Below, piece after piece: positions 1 to 10,339 of a stretch of DNA of 64,000 bases. The notes under the pieces are model-generated. The model ran no database searches, had not been told where the DNA came from, and saw only the letters and a list, made by a program, of their open reading frames with translations. This DNA is from an uncultured Candidatus Saccharibacteria bacterium (GTDB lineage: Bacteria; Patescibacteriota; Minisyncoccia; Portnoybacterales; UBA2143), in contig CAZQUN010000001.1 in assembly GCA_964596615.1 (NCBI GenBank), positions 66,786-130,785 of the forward strand. Direction: 5' to 3'. Made by a program: the position numbers and the translations under genes. The stretch's first letter is position 1. Every line of letters begins with the position of its first letter.

Positions 1-687
1 AAGAATAATGAAAAAAGGAATAAAGAGATAGAATAGAAACTTTTTTTCTTTCTTAAGCAGAAGATAAATTAAAAGAATTGGCGCTGCAATTAAGAACGCT
101 TCCCTGGCTATCCCGGCTAAAGCCAGGAAAATCCCGGCCAGAGACATTAGAATATATTTATATCTAAAATCTGATTTAAAACCAACAAAAAACAAAAGAA
201 AGAATATTGATAAGAAGAGAAGGGCGACTTCATAGACCCCAAAGTTGTAGGCGGCATACCACCAGTTAAAGGGAAGGAGGATATAGATGAAGGAGAATAA
301 GGCGGCTGTTTTTAGATTGAAGAGATAATAGACGGCGATAGTAAAGATAATTAGTGCTAGGACCAGAATACCAATTGAGATAAAGATTAGATTATTATAG
401 GAAGGTAATCCTGTTATCTTAAATATCTGAGATATGACAATGGGGGCGAGGCGGTTGCTTTCAGTTGAAATTTGTCCCTCCTCTTCAACCAAAGAAGAAG
501 CCAGGAAAACATTAAGACTGTTCTCTGCCCCAAAAAATCCTTCTTGGGACAGATTCCTGGCCAAAAGAGAACTCTTCCATAATTCCATCGGCGAGTAACC
601 TTTGAACATAACCGGAGAATACCAAACTAAAGCTGCTAGGGCAGAGATAATAATTAAAAAACTAATGAGATTTAAAGCATTCTTCAT
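1..687 (-). CDS. Partial (3' end outside window) GT-C fold / ArnT-PMT-like membrane glycosyltransferase
   Basis: Not in the ORF track. Read manually from the ATG at 687, which overlaps the stop of the upstream gene (ATGA): MKNALNLISFLIIISALAALVWYSPVMFKGY...; many TM helices; open to the window edge. Confidence 0.65.
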   Translation of the reverse strand, partial: MKNALNLISFLIIISALAALVWYSPVMFKGYSPMELWKSSLLARNLSQEGFFGAENSLNVFLASSLVEEEGQISTESNRLAPIVISQIFKITGLPSYNNLIFISIGILVLALIIFTIAVYYLFNLKTAALFSFIYILLPFNWWYAAYNFGVYEVALLFLSIFFLLFFVGFKSDFRYKYILMSLAGIFLALAGIAREAFLIAAPILLIYLLLKKEKKFLFYLFIPFFIIL

Positions 688-1457
688 GATTTCCTGGCAA
701 TAACTAATTGATGATCTCCTTTAATAGAAGAAGGAAGAAACATAGCGAAAAAATCAAGCAAAGGAATAGAAACCAGAGGATAAATATCTTTTTTCTCAAC
801 CTTAAATCCTGTCTGAGTTATCCTTTTTAGCAACTCTTTAGAAGAGACCGGACTAATATGACCAGGGTGATAATCTTTAAACTGCCTTCGATGGATTTCA
901 ACTTTTTTAATTAATCGATAAGCCCTTCCAGAAGCGCTTGTCCTCATCAAAATATTTCTCATGTGATTAAAAGGAAATTTGGAAAAAAAGTAATCATCAT
1001 TATCGGTGGTAATAACTATCCTTCCTCCTGGCTTTAAAATCTTAAAGACCTTTTCTAAAAATACTTCTGGTTTGCCTAAATGCTCAATAACATCAAAAGC
1101 AGTTATTAAATCCGGAGATTCAATATCTAATTGATCAATTTCGTAAGCAGAGTGCTGAATAACTTTTAATCCCGGATAGCGTTCTTTGGCAAATTCAACC
1201 GCGTACCGGGAATAATCGCAGCCGATTACTCTTGCTCCCATCTTTGACATTCTGTCCGTGAAAAATCCGCCGCCACAGCCAACATCCAAGACAGATTTTC
1301 CTTTTAGGCCTAGTCCGTTTAAATGTTTGAAAATATGACCGAGCCGGGAAGAGCTAAATTTAGAAAAATACCTGTATTCCAGACTTAAAAAGTATTCCAA
1401 GTCATAAAAGCCATCATCTTTTTCATCAAATTGAACAACCTTTTGTTCTTTAGTCAT
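684..1457 (-). CDS. Class I SAM-dependent methyltransferase (UbiG-like)
   Basis: VLDVGCGGG motif I; FDVIEHL; LKPGGRIVIT. Confidence 0.9.
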   Translation of the reverse strand: MTKEQKVVQFDEKDDGFYDLEYFLSLEYRYFSKFSSSRLGHIFKHLNGLGLKGKSVLDVGCGGGFFTDRMSKMGARVIGCDYSRYAVEFAKERYPGLKVIQHSAYEIDQLDIESPDLITAFDVIEHLGKPEVFLEKVFKILKPGGRIVITTDNDDYFFSKFPFNHMRNILMRTSASGRAYRLIKKVEIHRRQFKDYHPGHISPVSSKELLKRITQTGFKVEKKDIYPLVSIPLLDFFAMFLPSSIKGDHQLVIARKS

Positions 1458-2784
1458 TTTTTATCTTCTTAAAATATTTAACAACAAACAAGGTCTGAAG
1501 CAGTATCCCGCCGAATCCGAAATATATTGAAAGAGAAACTGCCGATTCTAAAGGAGAAAAAAAGAACTTATTCAGGATAAAAAACAAAGCCAGGCCGCTA
1601 GCAATAATTGACAGATTAATTACCAAGAGCGGCCTCATCTTATTCAAAGTCCTAAAGAAACTGCCGTAGCCAACCGCCAGACCAGCCAGAACCCAGCCCA
1701 AAAGCAAAACATAAATTAGCTTTATCGCGGGTAAAAACTCCTGGCCATACAAAAATTTAATCAGAACTGGCGCTAGTAAAACAAAGGGGATTAACAACAG
1801 AAGAAAAATAAGGCCGGAAGTTAGACTAGCTTTCTTAAAATTATCCTTAAAAATCTTTCCACCATAAACTAACGATTTAGGCAATTGAACAATTAAAATC
1901 CTTGAAATTGGGGTCATAAAAACCAAAGGCAGAGCTAAATAGCTACTGGCTATTTTAAAGAAGGCCGTTTGAGAGGTATTAGCGGCAAACATACCCAGAA
2001 GGAATACTGGTAGGATAGTATAGAGATTGGTCAGATTCTTATTAACAGAAATCAAAAGACCAAAACCAAAATATTTCCTAAACCTAATATTTTTAAGATT
2101 CCTCAAAATTTGAGAAAGCGATGGAATTAAATTATCTCTTTTTGACAAGCGAGAAAGGATTAAGAGAGAAATGATAAAAAATATTATTGCCGAAAAGAAA
2201 TGACCAAAAACAATTCCCCAAAGACCGTAACCCAATAAAACAAAAGAAACCGGCAAAATCAAATAGATTAATTTATTGAAATTTTCAATAATAGTTAGTT
2301 TCTTTATTTCCCTAATCGACTGAAGAATCAAAGTCAGCATTGAAAAAAGAATTCTGATTAAAACAGCCAAAAAAAGAAGACGGGCCATTTGACCAATTTC
2401 TGGATTCTGATAAAACCAACTAGTTAAAATTGGAGAAATTATTAAAGCTAAAAGACCAACTGTTAGAAAGATAAGCAAACTTAAATAGACAAAATAGCTT
2501 AAAATATTTTTAATTTCTTTTTTGTTCTTTTCCACATAAGCAGCCGGGAATAAAGTCAAAGCACTATAACCCGCTCCCCAATCCATAAACAAACTAACTA
2601 ATCCAACAAAAGCAAAAATTAAAGCGTAAAGACCATAGGTTTCCGCTCCTAATAAGCGGGCGATAACTATTGAGCCAATAGCTGAAACAGCCAAAGAGAA
2701 AAATGAGCCAACCTGAAGAACCGAAACGTCCTGAACGAATTTCTTTTGGCTTAATTCTTTAATTGTTTTAGGTATCTTATTCAT
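1450..2784 (-). CDS. Wzx/MOP-family oligosaccharide flippase
   Basis: About 12 TM helices; IARLLGAETYGLYAL signature. Start moved to MNKIPK (2784), which overlaps the upstream stop. Confidence 0.85.
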   Translation of the reverse strand: MNKIPKTIKELSQKKFVQDVSVLQVGSFFSLAVSAIGSIVIARLLGAETYGLYALIFAFVGLVSLFMDWGAGYSALTLFPAAYVEKNKKEIKNILSYFVYLSLLIFLTVGLLALIISPILTSWFYQNPEIGQMARLLFLAVLIRILFSMLTLILQSIREIKKLTIIENFNKLIYLILPVSFVLLGYGLWGIVFGHFFSAIIFFIISLLILSRLSKRDNLIPSLSQILRNLKNIRFRKYFGFGLLISVNKNLTNLYTILPVFLLGMFAANTSQTAFFKIASSYLALPLVFMTPISRILIVQLPKSLVYGGKIFKDNFKKASLTSGLIFLLLLIPFVLLAPVLIKFLYGQEFLPAIKLIYVLLLGWVLAGLAVGYGSFFRTLNKMRPLLVINLSIIASGLALFFILNKFFFSPLESAVSLSIYFGFGGILLQTLFVVKYFKKIKND

Positions 2785-3913
2785 TGTATAAATTAAACAC
2801 CGCTTTAAAAACATCGTCAACAGTTATTAATTTAAGACATTTTAACTTTTCTGGGTTGCGACAAACTCTGGCCGGAGGAAGAACAAAAGAACAAGGAAGA
2901 CATTCAATTTTTTTCTGGACAATAATGCAATTTTCACCTAAAGGTGGTTGTTCATTAATATCAATTGGACCAGCTATATCAACAACCGGAATACCAACAG
3001 CATTAGCCATATAAAGAGGCCCGGTATCAACACTGACAAATACTTTCATTTTTGATAAGAAAGCTGATGACTGAGGAAGAGTAAATAATCCGGCCAGATT
3101 AAATATCCTATTCTTCATCATTGATTCCAAATGATTAATTTTACCTTTATCCTTTTCAGAACCAAAAACAATAATCTCAACACCTAAATCATTGATTAAT
3201 TTGTCAAATAATTGAGCGAATTTTTCCAATGGCCACTCCTTTAAAACATTGCCGGCAGTTACGGCTGTTCCAATTAAATTTTTACCAACCAAATCATTTT
3301 CTCTTAAAAAGCTATCAACTTTTTTTTCATCTTCTTGACTAAAGAATAATTCCTTCTTTTTATCTGTTTCTTTAATATTAATAAATTCAAGCAATTTAAG
3401 ATAATGGGTCGCTGTTAAAGTATGCCTCTTGTACTCCAATCTATCTTTAAAAAGAAGAGAAAGCATCCTGTTGGTTTTGCTAGTATATCTAGAAGTTGTC
3501 ATAACTCTTTTCGGAATAGGCGACCACAAAGAGACTAGAATACCTAAGAGGTCTGGTAATAAGGTAAAACAGGTATCAAATTTCTTTTCCCTGATTTTGG
3601 AAATGAAGGCCAGTTTTTTAAAAAATCCGCCTTTAATGAAATTATCGGCTAAAATTATTTCATCAATATGAGGATTGTTTTCTAAAACCGAAGAAGCCAT
3701 CCCGAGACAGATAACCGCTAAATAGCTTTCCGGATATTTTCTTTTTATCTCTCTAAAAACCGGTGTTGAACAAACCAAGTCCCCTATTTTAGCTGTCTGA
3801 ACAATTAAAATCTTTTTCTGATTGCTTTTTTTAAAAAAACTAATCAATGAAAATAAGGGATAGAAAAGATAAGTTAAAATGAGGAAAATTAATTGTTCAA
3901 TGTATTGATTCAT
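2777..3913 (-). CDS. Glycosyltransferase family 9 (heptosyltransferase-like)
   Basis: KIGDLVCSTPVFREIKRKYP, KEWPLEKF and DTGPLYMANAVGIPVV are GT9 motifs. Confidence 0.9.
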   Translation of the reverse strand: MNQYIEQLIFLILTYLFYPLFSLISFFKKSNQKKILIVQTAKIGDLVCSTPVFREIKRKYPESYLAVICLGMASSVLENNPHIDEIILADNFIKGGFFKKLAFISKIREKKFDTCFTLLPDLLGILVSLWSPIPKRVMTTSRYTSKTNRMLSLLFKDRLEYKRHTLTATHYLKLLEFINIKETDKKKELFFSQEDEKKVDSFLRENDLVGKNLIGTAVTAGNVLKEWPLEKFAQLFDKLINDLGVEIIVFGSEKDKGKINHLESMMKNRIFNLAGLFTLPQSSAFLSKMKVFVSVDTGPLYMANAVGIPVVDIAGPIDINEQPPLGENCIIVQKKIECLPCSFVLPPARVCRNPEKLKCLKLITVDDVFKAVFNLYNE

Positions 3914-5643
3914 AGAAACTGATAAAGACTAACATCTTTTCCTTGATAGACCGGTTCCAAAAAGCGATAATTATCCAAATTCCATTGAGGATGAAGATTT
4001 TTATCCCAGATAATATAATCTATTGGGTGTTTTCTGAATTCTTCTTCTAGATCTTTTTGATAAAATTCTCTGTATTGGTCAACAACTTTTTGAACCTCCT
4101 CGTCAGTCGGCAGTTTATCTTTTTCAAGATAGGTTAATCGATAGCGATAATAATCATAGATTTTAAGAAATATTTCTTCTCTCTTCTCGTTAAAAAATAA
4201 TTCTTGGGTCATTTCGGGAGTAATTTTATCAAGACGATATTCAAAAAACATTGTCAGCTTATTGTCTTCAATCAAAGGAGGATTAAGATACCGGCTTTTG
4301 TATAAATACTCATCTAATTGAACATAGCAGGATATTAAATGAGCCGGCTTATTCTCCAGTGTCCCAGCGAAATATATTTGATTTTTCTGAGTGTTTTCCT
4401 TTATCCATTGATAAGCTGGCCCGTATTGCTGGCTATGTAAAAGCGTTTCTTCCTTAAATTCGTTGTAAACAAAGATTTCTTGGCTGATGACTAAATAAAA
4501 GCCGGTAAGAATAAACAAGATTAGAAGGAAATTAAAGAATTTAATGCTTTTCTTTCTGACTAAATCAAAGACAAGCCAGATAAAAAATACAATAACCAGG
4601 GGCTTAATAACATACCAATGATAATGGCCTGGCTGGACAATTCGCTGGGTAATGAGCTGCTGATTCAAAATGGCAATAAAGGAAAAAACTATCAAAGACC
4701 AAAGCCAAAGATTTTGACCTTTAATTCTTTTAGTCCAAAGGCCTAAAAGATACAGAACTAAAGCCAAGATTAAATACTTTCCAATTATCATTGAATTGGA
4801 AAGAGTCACCCCAACCAAGCTGGTAAATGAATTAAATGTTTCAGCAGTTGCCAGTTTGTAAAAATTAAACCAATAGGGCAGGGCAATTAAAAGACCGAGA
4901 AGTGTTATCCAAATAATTTTCTTCAATTTTAACCAGTCCCTTCTAAACCAAAACCAGAAAAGCGAAGATAGAATAAAAACAACCAAAAAGCTCCAGGTGA
5001 AAAAATAGATATAGAATGAAAGACCAAGTAAAATTCCAGCCAGCCAGAAATGCTTTTTCTTGGATTGGCCAAGATATGAATAGAAAGAAGATAAGAAGGA
5101 AAATAGGATTATCATTCCAAAAACAGGGATAATCGGACGAGAGAAAATAGAATACCTTGGAATAACAAAACTATTAGCCAGAAAAGCGCTTAGCTCTGAA
5201 GCTGAGCTAATTCCATACCAAAGCATTAAGCCGGCTGCTGAAACCAAGGCTATTTTTTTGTCCTGCTTAAACGAAAGAACAAAAAAATATATTGATAAAA
5301 ACAAGATTAGGGGCAGAATAAACTTGGTTAAGAGAAATATCTGAGAAACATCCAAAAAGAATATCCTCCCTAGCCGATAAAGAATCAATTGGCCTAAATG
5401 CGGACGCTGATAAGGTTGGTCGCCATTAAACGTCCAGAAAACATCTTTTAATCCCCAATCACCTTCAGAGATTTCTTGAAAACGGGATAAATAGTTTGTC
5501 TCAGCATCAATATTTAATATATTAACACCAGCATAATTATCCCCCATTTTAATCATAAAGATAAATTGGGGTAAAACCATTAAAAAACCAATTAGAATTG
5601 AAAAAATAATAGCCAAATAATGATCTTTGATAAATTGCCTCAT
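3910..5643 (-). CDS. Multi-TM membrane protein, probable GT-C-like transferase
   Basis: About 12 TM helices plus a soluble C-terminus; LAGILLGLSFYIYFF. Start probably MRQFIK (5643). Confidence 0.55.
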   Translation of the reverse strand: MRQFIKDHYLAIIFSILIGFLMVLPQFIFMIKMGDNYAGVNILNIDAETNYLSRFQEISEGDWGLKDVFWTFNGDQPYQRPHLGQLILYRLGRIFFLDVSQIFLLTKFILPLILFLSIYFFVLSFKQDKKIALVSAAGLMLWYGISSASELSAFLANSFVIPRYSIFSRPIIPVFGMIILFSFLSSFYSYLGQSKKKHFWLAGILLGLSFYIYFFTWSFLVVFILSSLFWFWFRRDWLKLKKIIWITLLGLLIALPYWFNFYKLATAETFNSFTSLVGVTLSNSMIIGKYLILALVLYLLGLWTKRIKGQNLWLWSLIVFSFIAILNQQLITQRIVQPGHYHWYVIKPLVIVFFIWLVFDLVRKKSIKFFNFLLILFILTGFYLVISQEIFVYNEFKEETLLHSQQYGPAYQWIKENTQKNQIYFAGTLENKPAHLISCYVQLDEYLYKSRYLNPPLIEDNKLTMFFEYRLDKITPEMTQELFFNEKREEIFLKIYDYYRYRLTYLEKDKLPTDEEVQKVVDQYREFYQKDLEEEFRKHPIDYIIWDKNLHPQWNLDNYRFLEPVYQGKDVSLYQFL

Positions 5644-7082
5644 ATTTTTCGGATAAACTTTTTGATAATAATCAACTCTATTGGGAAACTCCAAAATTCA
5701 TGGTCCCATCTGAATTTCTCAATCTTATGCATCAAATATCCCGCTATTTTAAGAAAAGGATTCTTAAAAAATCCGGAAAAGCGATTGTATTCTGTGGCAA
5801 AGCGGGAACAAAGAGAAAAATGAGGAGAGAATTTATGCTTCGGCCAAGGAGTATTAACCTCTTCAATATTATAGTCCGCCCAGGAAACCAAACTATCAGG
5901 AGGAATAAAGCCATATTCCTGGCTTGTTTTAAAAATCGGCGTGCCCGGATAAGGAGTAAAAATCTTAATAGAAGTATTAGCTTCTGGAGTAATTCTTTTA
6001 AGTTCTTTCATAACCTTGATTGTCTCTGAAACATCTTCGGGTTTTTCACCGGGAAAACCAAGCATAAAAGAATACCAGCCCTTGAAATCATATTTTTTAA
6101 TTATTCGAGCGCTTTCAATGATTTGCTCAACAGTAATATCTTTTCTAATTTTATCCAAAACTCTTTGAGAGCCCGATTCTGCTCCCAAAAACAAGGCCGA
6201 AAGACCAGCTGATTTTAATAATTTCAAGAAATCATCATCCATTCTGGCTAAATAGTCGATTCGGCAATCCGCCTCCCACTTTATGTCTAAGTTGTTTTCT
6301 ATGAATAACTGGCAAATCTTTTTAACTCTGTCAAAATTAACAAAAAAATTATCATCCCAGAAAATTATTCCATCAACCCCATATTTCTCCTTAACTCGTT
6401 TAACCATTTCCAGGACTTTTTCAGGAGACATTGCCCGCCAGTTTCTTTTGTTAAACTCCATGTTGTAGCAAAAAGTACATTGATGACAACATCCTCGGCT
6501 AACCTGAAGAGCAGTGTTTTTTCCGCTCAAACCTGATGACTGATAATTTTTTAAATTAACAAGATTCCAGGCTGGATCCGGTAATCCATCCACGGCTAAA
6601 AACGGCCTTTCCGGATTGTTAACCACCTGACCATTCTTCTTAAAAGAAATCCCTGAAATGCTGTCCAATGGCTTTTCTTCTTTTAAAGCTCTGACTAATT
6701 CCAATAGGGTTTCCTTGCCTTCTCCTCGAACAACAATATCAATATTTTTTTCTTCCAAAGTTTGTTTGGGGAATAAGCTTGAATGGACCCCTCCCCAGAT
6801 AAGAGGCAAATCAGGAAAATTCTTTTTAACAAAGTTAGTCACTTCCAACCCATTATATATCTGATGACCGGTTAAAGCTGAAATACCAAGACAAATAGCG
6901 TCTTTCCCTTCTGATAAAATCAGTTCTTTCCAGTTTGAATCAAAATCAGCATCAATCACCACTGGTGAAAAACCGGCTTTTTCAAGATAAGAAGCCAGGC
7001 AAAGAATCGATAAAGGAGGCCTTCTAACAACTAAAGTCCCTAATTTTGGGTAAACTAAAATTATTTTTCTTTTGTCCTTCAT
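5640..7082 (-). CDS. B12-binding-domain radical SAM protein
   Basis: PPLSILCLASYL, WGGVHSS, SRGCCHQCTFC, DDNF, GAESGS, TPYPGT. Start probably MKDKRK. Confidence 0.92.
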   Translation of the reverse strand: MKDKRKIILVYPKLGTLVVRRPPLSILCLASYLEKAGFSPVVIDADFDSNWKELILSEGKDAICLGISALTGHQIYNGLEVTNFVKKNFPDLPLIWGGVHSSLFPKQTLEEKNIDIVVRGEGKETLLELVRALKEEKPLDSISGISFKKNGQVVNNPERPFLAVDGLPDPAWNLVNLKNYQSSGLSGKNTALQVSRGCCHQCTFCYNMEFNKRNWRAMSPEKVLEMVKRVKEKYGVDGIIFWDDNFFVNFDRVKKICQLFIENNLDIKWEADCRIDYLARMDDDFLKLLKSAGLSALFLGAESGSQRVLDKIRKDITVEQIIESARIIKKYDFKGWYSFMLGFPGEKPEDVSETIKVMKELKRITPEANTSIKIFTPYPGTPIFKTSQEYGFIPPDSLVSWADYNIEEVNTPWPKHKFSPHFSLCSRFATEYNRFSGFFKNPFLKIAGYLMHKIEKFRWDHEFWSFPIELIIIKKFIRKI

Positions 7083-8377
7083 CCTATTTTTTGGAAGAAA
7101 TAGAGCTTCCATGCATCAATGTAAGCATCTATAATCTCTTGAAAATTATTGATATCAATATTTTTCTTTTTTTTAACCGGGTATGCTTTTTCAAGTAATC
7201 GGATTCCCTTTTTTATTGCCTTCTTATCAATCCCTCCTTCTTGATTAATGCTTGAAGTAATAAAAAGTAAAGAATTATATATCTTCATCCCCGGATCGCG
7301 CAGATCAAATAAAATTGGCCAGTGAATTTTCCCTCTGAACTGATAAACTCTTAAAAACCAAATCAATGACAGATATGCCTGACTGAAAAAATTGGCTAAT
7401 GATAAAACAAATTTATTTTCAATTTTAAACCGGTTTTTTAAAATAATCTTTAAATAGGGCTTAAAATATTTCCTAGAAGTTCTTGATAGAAACTGATCAA
7501 AACTATTAATGGAAAAAGATTCTTTTAAAACAAACTTGATTGCTCTTAATAAATCATCTCTTGCCTCAAACCAACGCTCTAGATAATTATCAATCCCCTC
7601 ATATTCTGATTTTAATTTTAATTGGGTGTAATAATCAATTTTTTCCAATAGATCGGGGGTTTGATTTTTAAGATCAATAAATTCTTGGTCAAAAACTTTT
7701 TTTAATTCCTCTAATCGTTTCTGGTAAGTTGGTTGGTAAACTCCGGCTAATTGAGTTAAACAAGTACAGATTTCGATATAGGATTTGGAGATATCGTACA
7801 AGAGAGCATCCTTTTGCCATTGAGGCAAATCTTTTTTTAAGATTAAATCAACTGGCCCCCATAAAGAGATTGAAGACAGCCTGTTAAGTATAAAGCGAAG
7901 CCCTTCAGATACTGGCAAATCCTGAGGCTTGTAATCTGGTATTAAATTTCTGATATCTTCTCCGAATAAAACATATGAAGCATGCTTCATTTCATAGTAT
8001 TTGATAAAAGGAGAGAGTTTGGTTAATTGATTTAAGTTTAAAAAACGGATATCAAAATAGAACGATTTTTCTGATTTTTCGTATAAAGAAAATCCTGAAG
8101 TCTCGGCCTTTTCCTCAATTTCTTTGGTTAGTTCCTGATTTTCCGATTCGCTGATTTTAAAATTATCTTTTAAAACAACGTAAATATCATAGTCATTAAG
8201 AGGAATCATTTTCTCATTTTCTAATTTAACACTTCCTTCTCCCCGGCCAAAACCACCAACTAAAATTATTGAAGAAATATTCTTTATTCTTTTCTCTATT
8301 ATATCTACCGCTAAATCTAATTGCCTCTTAATTTGTTCATCAACCCAAGGTTGATTATATGCCGTATATTTCCCCAT
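7079..8377 (-). CDS. Nucleotidyltransferase-fold protein
   Basis: ILVGGFGRGEG...NDYDIYVV matches the Pol-beta-superfamily hG[GS]...DxD motif. Confidence 0.7.
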   Translation of the reverse strand: MGKYTAYNQPWVDEQIKRQLDLAVDIIEKRIKNISSIILVGGFGRGEGSVKLENEKMIPLNDYDIYVVLKDNFKISESENQELTKEIEEKAETSGFSLYEKSEKSFYFDIRFLNLNQLTKLSPFIKYYEMKHASYVLFGEDIRNLIPDYKPQDLPVSEGLRFILNRLSSISLWGPVDLILKKDLPQWQKDALLYDISKSYIEICTCLTQLAGVYQPTYQKRLEELKKVFDQEFIDLKNQTPDLLEKIDYYTQLKLKSEYEGIDNYLERWFEARDDLLRAIKFVLKESFSINSFDQFLSRTSRKYFKPYLKIILKNRFKIENKFVLSLANFFSQAYLSLIWFLRVYQFRGKIHWPILFDLRDPGMKIYNSLLFITSSINQEGGIDKKAIKKGIRLLEKAYPVKKKKNIDINNFQEIIDAYIDAWKLYFFQKIG

Positions 8378-9503
8378 GAATAAGATTTAAAATTTCATTA
8401 TAAAAAACCTGCTCTTTTTTCCCTAAATTAAGATTGGAAATAAATATTCCTTTTTGATCGCCTTCTGGTAAATAGCCATGCATACCCTTAGCCATTTTCT
8501 TTGACATATAGCTCTGTAAAATTATCTTTCCTTCATCCAAGACAAAGAATTCATCGCCGTAACGATTATCAAAAAAATTATACCCATATTCATCTTTTTC
8601 CTGGGAAGTCAGAAAATGACCGACTGATAATGATTCTAATTTCTCTCTGAACGCTGGAAAAACATTGGAATTAAAAAACCAAAAACGCGCCATAGCTGAG
8701 TCCAAAAAAATTAAATAATCTTTTCCCATCTTAAAAGGAAGTTCTTTAAGAATTCCCAAAAGATCAACTGAATCCTTAACCTCTGCCATACCATGATCAG
8801 AATGGATAATAAATTTCTCTCCTTTTAGATAATTTTCTAAAAGCTTATCTATTTTTTTAACTTGGTTAATGGCCTCTGGAGAATCAGGGCCAAATTTATG
8901 AGTAATAGCATCAAGTTCTAAAAGCCAAATTAAATTAAAATCCTTATCCCTGTATTTTTCAGCTAACCCTATTGTTCTCTCATCTCCGCGAAAGAATATA
9001 TTACGGAAGAAATTTCGCATAAACTTATTCTCTCTATCTGTTATTAACCAAGGGCCTTTAATAAAAGCAAAACTTTTATTCTTTTCAATTAAATCATCGA
9101 AAATAGTTTTAACTTCTAAAACATAATTATTTGGCTCTAAACTATGAGTACTAATGTCAAAATTGGAAATAAATTTAATCGGAATATCAGATTTACCTAA
9201 ATGCTTTTCTTTTTTAAAAAAATGAGACAAAGTAATTAATCCATATTTAAAAAGTGTCAAATCTAAAAAACGAAAATACTTAAATAATTTTAGCCAGGAA
9301 AATATCGAGGTCTTGGGGCTATAACAAAACAAGGGCCCAATATTTATCTGATCAGGTTTTTTCCCAGAAAAAAAACTCAAGCCATCTTCCTGATATCCAA
9401 GGGGAGGAATAAAATCCGCTTGATAATTATCAGCAACTGAACTCAAAAAGGGAGCGTGTTTTAATTGTTTAAACATTAAGGAATCAATAATAATCCACTT
9501 CAT
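8355..9503 (-). CDS. Alkaline phosphatase superfamily (nucleotide pyrophosphatase/phosphodiesterase-like)
   Basis: IIIDSL, ELDAITHKFGP, SDHGM and GMHGY metal ligands. Confidence 0.85.
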   Translation of the reverse strand: MKWIIIDSLMFKQLKHAPFLSSVADNYQADFIPPLGYQEDGLSFFSGKKPDQINIGPLFCYSPKTSIFSWLKLFKYFRFLDLTLFKYGLITLSHFFKKEKHLGKSDIPIKFISNFDISTHSLEPNNYVLEVKTIFDDLIEKNKSFAFIKGPWLITDRENKFMRNFFRNIFFRGDERTIGLAEKYRDKDFNLIWLLELDAITHKFGPDSPEAINQVKKIDKLLENYLKGEKFIIHSDHGMAEVKDSVDLLGILKELPFKMGKDYLIFLDSAMARFWFFNSNVFPAFREKLESLSVGHFLTSQEKDEYGYNFFDNRYGDEFFVLDEGKIILQSYMSKKMAKGMHGYLPEGDQKGIFISNLNLGKKEQVFYNEILNLIHGEIYGI

Positions 9504-10339
9504 ATTTTTTCAGCTAAAATGTATCGATGATGAGCCCAACAAAGCTTTAATCGCCAATAAAGAGGCAGATTTTCCAAAAAAGCAAACTTTTTAATTCTTT
9601 TTAGCATATCTTTGTCTTTGCCAGTAAAGTAATCCAAGCTGTTCCATTGCCAGGAAGAAAAATCTTCTTTTGATTTCCTGATTTTTAATTTAGACAAAAG
9701 ATCCGTTATCGGCATACAAGTATCAGGCCAGACAGGAATATCAAAGACCCCTTCCTTTATTACTCGACAATTATTCTTTTTCAAATTCCTTTTAACCCTT
9801 GAAGCGCTCAGGGCCTTGAAATTTAAACCAATAAAATATTCTTTATTCAAAAAATATTTCCCCAAGAAATATCCTGGCTGATAGCGATTAGGAATATAGA
9901 TTAAAATTAACTTGTTACTAGTCCTGACCACCTCAGAAAGCAAATCCTCAAAGTTTCTAAGTCGCCATAAAGAAGCGAAATTCCAAACTAAATCAAAGGA
10001 ATCATCATTAAATGGCAGTTGATTGTAGTTTGATAAAATAAAATCTGCTTTTAGATTTAAATGATTCCAAATCTTTTCAACTTCTTCCAAATACTCTTTA
10101 TTATCATCAACTAAACTGACATTAATCCCGTTCTGGGCTAAAGAAACGCTGTTTATACCCGGAAGACCCAACATTCCTCGGGTCGGGACTTCTAAAACAT
10201 TTTTCAGATTATGTTTTTTGGCTAATTTAACTAAATTATCAGCTAGTAAAAGCCGCTCGTAGACCAAACCCAGCCCTTCGTTAAAATTAAACTTATTCTT
10301 GGATTTCCAATAGCTATTATAAATATCCTGACCGATCAT
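9500..10339 (-). CDS. SAM-dependent methyltransferase type 11-like
   Basis: LPFNDDSFDLVWNF; motif I atypical (VLEVPTRGMLG). Confidence 0.75.
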   Translation of the reverse strand: MIGQDIYNSYWKSKNKFNFNEGLGLVYERLLLADNLVKLAKKHNLKNVLEVPTRGMLGLPGINSVSLAQNGINVSLVDDNKEYLEEVEKIWNHLNLKADFILSNYNQLPFNDDSFDLVWNFASLWRLRNFEDLLSEVVRTSNKLILIYIPNRYQPGYFLGKYFLNKEYFIGLNFKALSASRVKRNLKKNNCRVIKEGVFDIPVWPDTCMPITDLLSKLKIRKSKEDFSSWQWNSLDYFTGKDKDMLKRIKKFAFLENLPLYWRLKLCWAHHRYILAEKI

